A stretch of DNA of 32,000 nucleotides from Mycobacterium tuberculosis H37Rv (lineage in GTDB: Bacteria > Actinomycetota > Actinomycetes > Mycobacteriales > Mycobacteriaceae), in assembly GCF_000195955.2 (NCBI RefSeq), contig NC_000962.3, positions 2,340,001 through 2,372,000 of the forward strand, written 5' to 3'. Positions within the stretch are counted from its first letter, which is position 1, and every line of letters begins with the position of its first letter. Made by a program: the position numbers and the translations under genes. The notes beneath the pieces were generated by a model that saw nothing but the letters and a program-made list of their open reading frames with translations, was not told the origin of the DNA and made no database searches. Of this stretch, positions 27,711 to 32,000 are shown in pieces.

Positions 27711-28442
27711 ATGCCCAATTTCTGGGCGTTGCCGCCCGAGATCAACTCCACCCGGATATATCTCGGCCCGGGTTCTGGCCCGATACTGGCCGCCGCCCAG
27801 GGATGGAACGCTCTGGCCAGTGAGCTGGAAAAGACGAAGGTGGGGTTGCAGTCAGCGCTCGACACGTTGCTGGAGTCGTATAGGGGTCAGTCGTCGCAGG
27901 CTTTGATACAGCAGACCTTGCCGTATGTGCAGTGGCTGACCACGACCGCCGAGCACGCCCATAAGACCGCGATCCAGCTCACGGCAGCGGCGAACGCCTA
28001 CGAGCAGGCTAGAGCGGCGATGGTGCCGCCGGCGATGGTGCGCGCGAACCGCGTGCAGACCACAGTGTTGAAGGCAATCAACTGGTTCGGGCAATTCTCC
28101 ACCAGGATCGCCGACAAGGAGGCCGACTACGAACAGATGTGGTTCCAAGACGCGCTAGTGATGGAGAACTATTGGGAAGCCGTGCAAGAGGCGATACAGT
28201 CGACGTCGCATTTTGAGGATCCACCGGAGATGGCCGACGACTACGACGAGGCCTGGATGCTCAACACCGTGTTCGACTATCACAACGAGAACGCAAAAGA
28301 GGAGGTCATCCATCTCGTGCCCGACGTGAACAAGGAGAGGGGGCCCATCGAACTCGTAACCAAGGTAGACAAAGAGGGGACCATCAGACTCGTCTACGAT
28401 GGGGAGCCCACGTTTTCATACAAGGAACATCCTAAGTTTTGA
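27711..28442 (+). CDS. PPE36: Short PPE family protein (243 aa)
   Basis: MPNFWALPPEINSTRIYLGPGSGPILAAAQGWNALASEL carries the PPE motif and conserved N-terminal domain. AAGGGAG lies upstream. It starts 55 nt after PE22, a typical PE-PPE pair. Confidence 0.9.
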   Translation: MPNFWALPPEINSTRIYLGPGSGPILAAAQGWNALASELEKTKVGLQSALDTLLESYRGQSSQALIQQTLPYVQWLTTTAEHAHKTAIQLTAAANAYEQARAAMVPPAMVRANRVQTTVLKAINWFGQFSTRIADKEADYEQMWFQDALVMENYWEAVQEAIQSTSHFEDPPEMADDYDEAWMLNTVFDYHNENAKEEVIHLVPDVNKERGPIELVTKVDKEGTIRLVYDGEPTFSYKEHPKF

Positions 28443-28982
28443 TTCGGGAACATCCTAAGAAACGGGGGGCGTCGCCGTTGGAGACGTCGCAACGTGTCCG
28501 CAGTCCCAAGGGCAACAGTGAAGGGCCCACGGTGCGATCCCCAACACCCGGCTAGAGTGCGCATAATATTTTCCCGCCTCGGCTCAAGGCGTGCACCCCC
28601 ATCACCGCTAACCATGCTGTGTATCAACAGATTTCATTGTCCCGGCCGTCGCGCGACCGACCAATAGGGTGAGTTCCATGTGCGATATCGCCTAACAGCC
28701 GGCTCCCGTACTCCCGTGGCCGATGTGATTATTGATTACGTGGATCACCATGTGGGTGATCGCGGTCGACAGCTTTGGTACCGAGCACATCGCCACAACG
28801 CGCGGTACGAATCTAGTACACAAATCCGCACCAGCCGCCATGCGACTTCGCAGGTCATAGCCCCGCAGAGTCGCCGAACCTGCCGCAGTGACAAAAGTCA
28901 GGACGGCCGGCGACGCGTCGAGCCGGGGTTAGGCGCAGTTAACGTCGCAGCGGGGTCCCAGACACGCGTCGGACTTTCGGAC

Positions 28983-29729
28983 TCAGCCCGACGATTCGCC
29001 GTCAGACTGCGGGCTTTCCTGGTCTACCAGCAACGCTTGCAGGGCGGAGCCGGTGATGCGCCGGAACGCGCGCCGTGGCCGGTTGGCATCGAGAACGGCC
29101 ACCTCTAAGCTGGCCACGCCAAGGGTGGGTTGATCACCACCCGAGGTGTCGGCACTGCCGGCCCGCAATGCAGCGACCGCGATACGCAGGGCGTCGGTCA
29201 GGCTGGCGTTCTCGGCATACGACTCTTTGAGCGCGTTGGCGATCGGCTCCGTGGTGCCGCCCATCACCACGAAATGCGGCTCGTCGGCGATCGACCCGTC
29301 GTAGGTAATACGATACAACTCAGGGCGTTTCGTCTCGCCGTAATGCGCCACCTCGGCCACACACAACTCAACCTCGTAGGGCTTGGCCTGTTCGGTGAAG
29401 ATGGTGCCTAGAGTCTGCGCGTAGACATTGGCCAACTGCCGACCCGTGACGTCACGACGGTCATAGGCGTAACCGCGGGTGTCGGCGAACTGGATCCCGC
29501 CGCGGCGCAAATTGTCGAACTCGTTGAACTTGCCCGCAGCCGCAAAACCCACCCGATCGTAGAGCTCACTGATCTTCTGCAGCGACCGCGACGGATTCTC
29601 CGCGACGAACAGCACACCACCGGCATAGGCCAGCGCCACCACGCTTTTGGCCCGCGCAATGCCCTTACGCGCCAACTCGCTGCGCTCGCGCATCGCCTGC
29701 TCAGGCGAGATGAAATACGGAAAACTCAC
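28983..29729 (-). CDS. prcA: 20S proteasome alpha subunit PrcA (248 aa)
   Basis: GTG 29729 ([24 protein letters not shown]...). The start overlaps the prcB stop (GTGA). Confidence 0.95.
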
Positions 29730-30601
29730 TTCTCACCGCCATCGGAGCCGAAAGTATCCGCACCCGAACGGCTTTCGATGATCGCGCGGGCCAATTCGGC
29801 AATCCGGCTCTCCGGCACGTCAACCGCCCCGTCGGCGTCGATGATCACCGCCGTCGGAAAGATGCCCCGCACCAGGTCCGGACCGCCGGTGGCGGAGTCG
29901 TCGTCGGCGGCGTCGTAGAGCGCCTCGACCGCCACCCGCAGCCCCGAATCACCGTCGGTAACCTGCGAATACAACTTCTTCATCGACGACTTCGCGAACA
30001 GCGAACCCGAGCCCACCGCCTGATAGCCCTCTTCCTCGATGTTCCAACCGCCGGCGGCGTCGAACGAAACGATACGACCCGCGCTCTGCGGGTCAGACGC
30101 ATGAATGTCGTAGCCCGCCAGCAACGGCAACGCCAGCAGACCCTGCATCGCGGCCGCCAGATTGCCACGCACCATAATCGCCAGCCGGTTGATTTTGCCG
30201 GCAAACGTCAGCGGCACACCCTCGAGCTTCTCGTAGTGCTCAAGTTCCACGGCATACAGCCGGGCAAACTCAACCGCGACCGCAGCCGTGCCAGCGATGC
30301 CGGTAGCGGTGTAGTCATCGGTGATATACACCTTGCGCACATCACGCCCAGAAATCATGTTGCCCTGCGTCGAACGCCGGTCACCCGCCATGACAACACC
30401 GCCGGGGTATTTCAGCGCGACAATGGTGGTGCCGTGCGGCAGTTGCGCATCGCCGCCTGCGAGTGGCGCACCGCCGCTGATGCTTGCCGGCAGCAACTCC
30501 GGCGCCTGGCGGCGCAGGAAGTCAGTGAAAGAAGATAGGTCTACAGCGGGTGTTCCAGAGAGTGAATTAATGGACAGGCGATCGGGCAACGGCCAGGTCA
30601 C
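29726..30601 (-). CDS. prcB: 20S proteasome beta subunit PrcB (291 aa incl. propeptide)
   Basis: A propeptide is followed by the catalytic Thr in [19 protein letters not shown] 30601 overlaps the pup stop (GTGA). Confidence 0.95.
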   Translation of the reverse strand: MTWPLPDRLSINSLSGTPAVDLSSFTDFLRRQAPELLPASISGGAPLAGGDAQLPHGTTIVALKYPGGVVMAGDRRSTQGNMISGRDVRKVYITDDYTATGIAGTAAVAVEFARLYAVELEHYEKLEGVPLTFAGKINRLAIMVRGNLAAAMQGLLALPLLAGYDIHASDPQSAGRIVSFDAAGGWNIEEEGYQAVGSGSLFAKSSMKKLYSQVTDGDSGLRVAVEALYDAADDDSATGGPDLVRGIFPTAVIIDADGAVDVPESRIAELARAIIESRSGADTFGSDGGEK

Positions 30602-30792
30602 TGTCCGCCCTTTTGGACGTATGCGCGGACGAAGTCCTCGGCGTTCTCCTCGAGGACGTCGTCGATTTCGTCGAGCAGATCGTCGGTCTCCTCGGTCAGC
30701 TTTTCGCGACGCTCCTGGCCCGCGGCGGTGCTGCCGGCGATGTCGTCATCATCGCCGCCGCCACCGCCACGCTTGGTCTGCTCTTGCGCCAT
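30598..30792 (-). CDS. pup: Prokaryotic ubiquitin-like protein Pup (64 aa)
   Basis: The 71-aa ORF is trimmed to [17 protein letters not shown]...[11 protein letters not shown] (C-terminal GGQ). AGGAGG lies 5 nt upstream of ATG 30792. Confidence 0.95.
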   Translation of the reverse strand: MAQEQTKRGGGGGDDDDIAGSTAAGQERREKLTEETDDLLDEIDDVLEENAEDFVRAYVQKGGQ

Positions 30793-30904
30793 CGCCGCCT
30801 CCTGCTTCCTCATGGCCTTTCAAAAGGCCGCGGGTGCGCGTCACACGCCCGCTGTCTTTCTCTACCCTACCGGTCAACACCAACGTTTCCCGGCCTAACC
30901 AGGC

Positions 30905-32000
30905 TTAGCGAGGCTCAGCGGTCAGTTGCTCTACCAGCTCCACGGCACTGTCCACCGAATCCAGCAACGCACCAACATGCGCCTTACTACCCCGCAACGG
31001 CTCCAGCGTCGGGATGCGAACCAGCGAGTCGCCGCCCAGGTCGAAGATCACCGAGTCCCAGCTAGCCGCGGCGATATCAGCCCCGAACCGGCGCAGGCAT
31101 TCGCCGCGGAAATACGCGCGGGTGTCGGTCGGCGGGTTCTCCACCGCACTCAGCACCTGGTGTTCGGTGACTAAACGCTTCATCGAGCCGCGCGCGACCA
31201 GCCGGTTGTACAGGCCCTTGTCCAGCCGGACATCGGAGTACTGCAGGTCGACGAGGTGCAGCCGGGGCGCCGACCAGCTCAGGTTCTCCCGCTGCCGGAA
31301 ACCGTCGAGCAGCCGCAGTTTGGCCGGCCAGTCCAGCAGCTCCGCGCAATCCATCGGGTCACGCTCGAGCTGATCCAGCACGTGTGCCCAGGTTTCCACG
31401 ATGTCGGCCGCCCGCGGGTCCGGGTCGCGGCTATCCACCAACTTAGCCACTCGGTCCAGGTAGATCCGTTGCAGCGCAAGACCGGTCAGTTCCCGGCCGT
31501 CGGCCAGCGCAACGGTCGCTCGCAGCGACGGATCGCGGGAGATTGCGTGCACCGCATGTACCGGGCGGGCCAGCGCCAGGTCGGTCAGATCTATTGCGTG
31601 GGCTGGTCCTTCTTCGATCAGGTCGAGCACCAGCGCCGTGGTACCCAACTTCAGATAGGTCGACGTCTCGGCAAGGTTGGCGTCGCCGATGATGACGTGC
31701 AGCCGGCGGTACCTGTCGGCGTCGGCGTGCGGTTCGTCGCGGGTGTTGATGATGCCGCGCTTGAGCGTTGTTTCCAGCCCTACCTCGACCTCGATGTAGT
31801 CCGAACGCTGGGATAGCTGGAAGCCGGGCTCATCACCCGAGGGCCCGATGCCGACCCGGCCCGAGCCGGTCACCACCTGCCGGGATACCAGAAAGGGGGT
31901 CAGCCCGGTGATGATCGCCGAGAACGGTGTCTGCCGCGACATCAGGTAGTTCTCGTGCGACCCGTAGGAGGCTCCCTTGCCGTCGACGTTGTTCTTGTAC
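30905..32000 (-). CDS. dop: Pup deamidase/depupylase Dop, C-terminal ~365 codons; 5' end beyond the right window edge
   Basis: The frame is open to nt 32000. Upstream of ORF-track Met 31942 it reads [19 protein letters not shown], which matches Paf[20 protein letters not shown]. Confidence 0.9.
   Translation of the reverse strand, partial: YKNNVDGKGASYGSHENYLMSRQTPFSAIITGLTPFLVSRQVVTGSGRVGIGPSGDEPGFQLSQRSDYIEVEVGLETTLKRGIINTRDEPHADADRYRRLHVIIGDANLAETSTYLKLGTTALVLDLIEEGPAHAIDLTDLALARPVHAVHAISRDPSLRATVALADGRELTGLALQRIYLDRVAKLVDSRDPDPRAADIVETWAHVLDQLERDPMDCAELLDWPAKLRLLDGFRQRENLSWSAPRLHLVDLQYSDVRLDKGLYNRLVARGSMKRLVTEHQVLSAVENPPTDTRAYFRGECLRRFGADIAAASWDSVIFDLGGDSLVRIPTLEPLRGSKAHVGALLDSVDSAVELVEQLTAEPR

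Noticed and set aside
28680-29108. 142-aa plus-strand ORF in the PPE36-prcA gap
   Set aside because: Its 3' part is antisense to prcA, it has a GTG start with no SD, and it has an Arg-rich, motif-free composition.

Overview
GC-rich (~65%) actinobacterial chromosome. From gene content and IS6110 I recognise it as Mycobacterium tuberculosis complex (H37Rv-type), locus Rv2082 to Rv2112c, roughly 2.340-2.372 Mb. That placement is from memory and no search was possible. Gene order left to right: Rv2082' (5' truncated), Rv2083 and Rv2084, translationally coupled; a decayed IS3-family element (Rv2085-2087); pknJ; pepE; a 57-bp VNTR; the Rv2090 FEN-like 5'-3' exonuclease; the Rv2091c membrane protein. 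A long minus-strand block follows: helY, tatC, tatA, pafC, pafB, pafA. Next comes a 12.25-kb mosaic accessory block (16729-28982). It holds a frameshifted PE_PGRS36/PE21, the 13E12/HNH gene Rv2100 with a LexA box, the SNF2 helicase helZ coupled to the SWIM-finger gene Rv2102, vapBC37, a relic of a prcA 3' end fused to an IS3 relic, an intact IS6110 with a 3-bp target duplication, an AT-rich leader, and PE22-PPE36. The window ends with prcA, prcB, pup and dop' (5' truncated), so this block splits the Pup-proteasome system. I recognised no rRNA, tRNA or CRISPR. Most long ORFs antisense to these genes are high-GC artefacts. The observations most worth a second look: (1) a strong A+C-rich, G/T-poor strand skew in nt 1-755 that ends abruptly inside Rv2082; (2) the prcA 3'-end relic joined to an IS remnant; (3) the helZ-SWIM module inside a mobile-element-, TA- and SOS-associated island; (4) tandem SOS-like boxes in the annotated 5' end of Rv2100; (5) an internal duplication in Rv2084 whose conserved tail lies in another frame; (6) the AT-rich region with a palindrome and sORF upstream of PE22, downstream of the outward-facing end of IS6110. 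All base counts were made by hand on sampled 60-nt lines.
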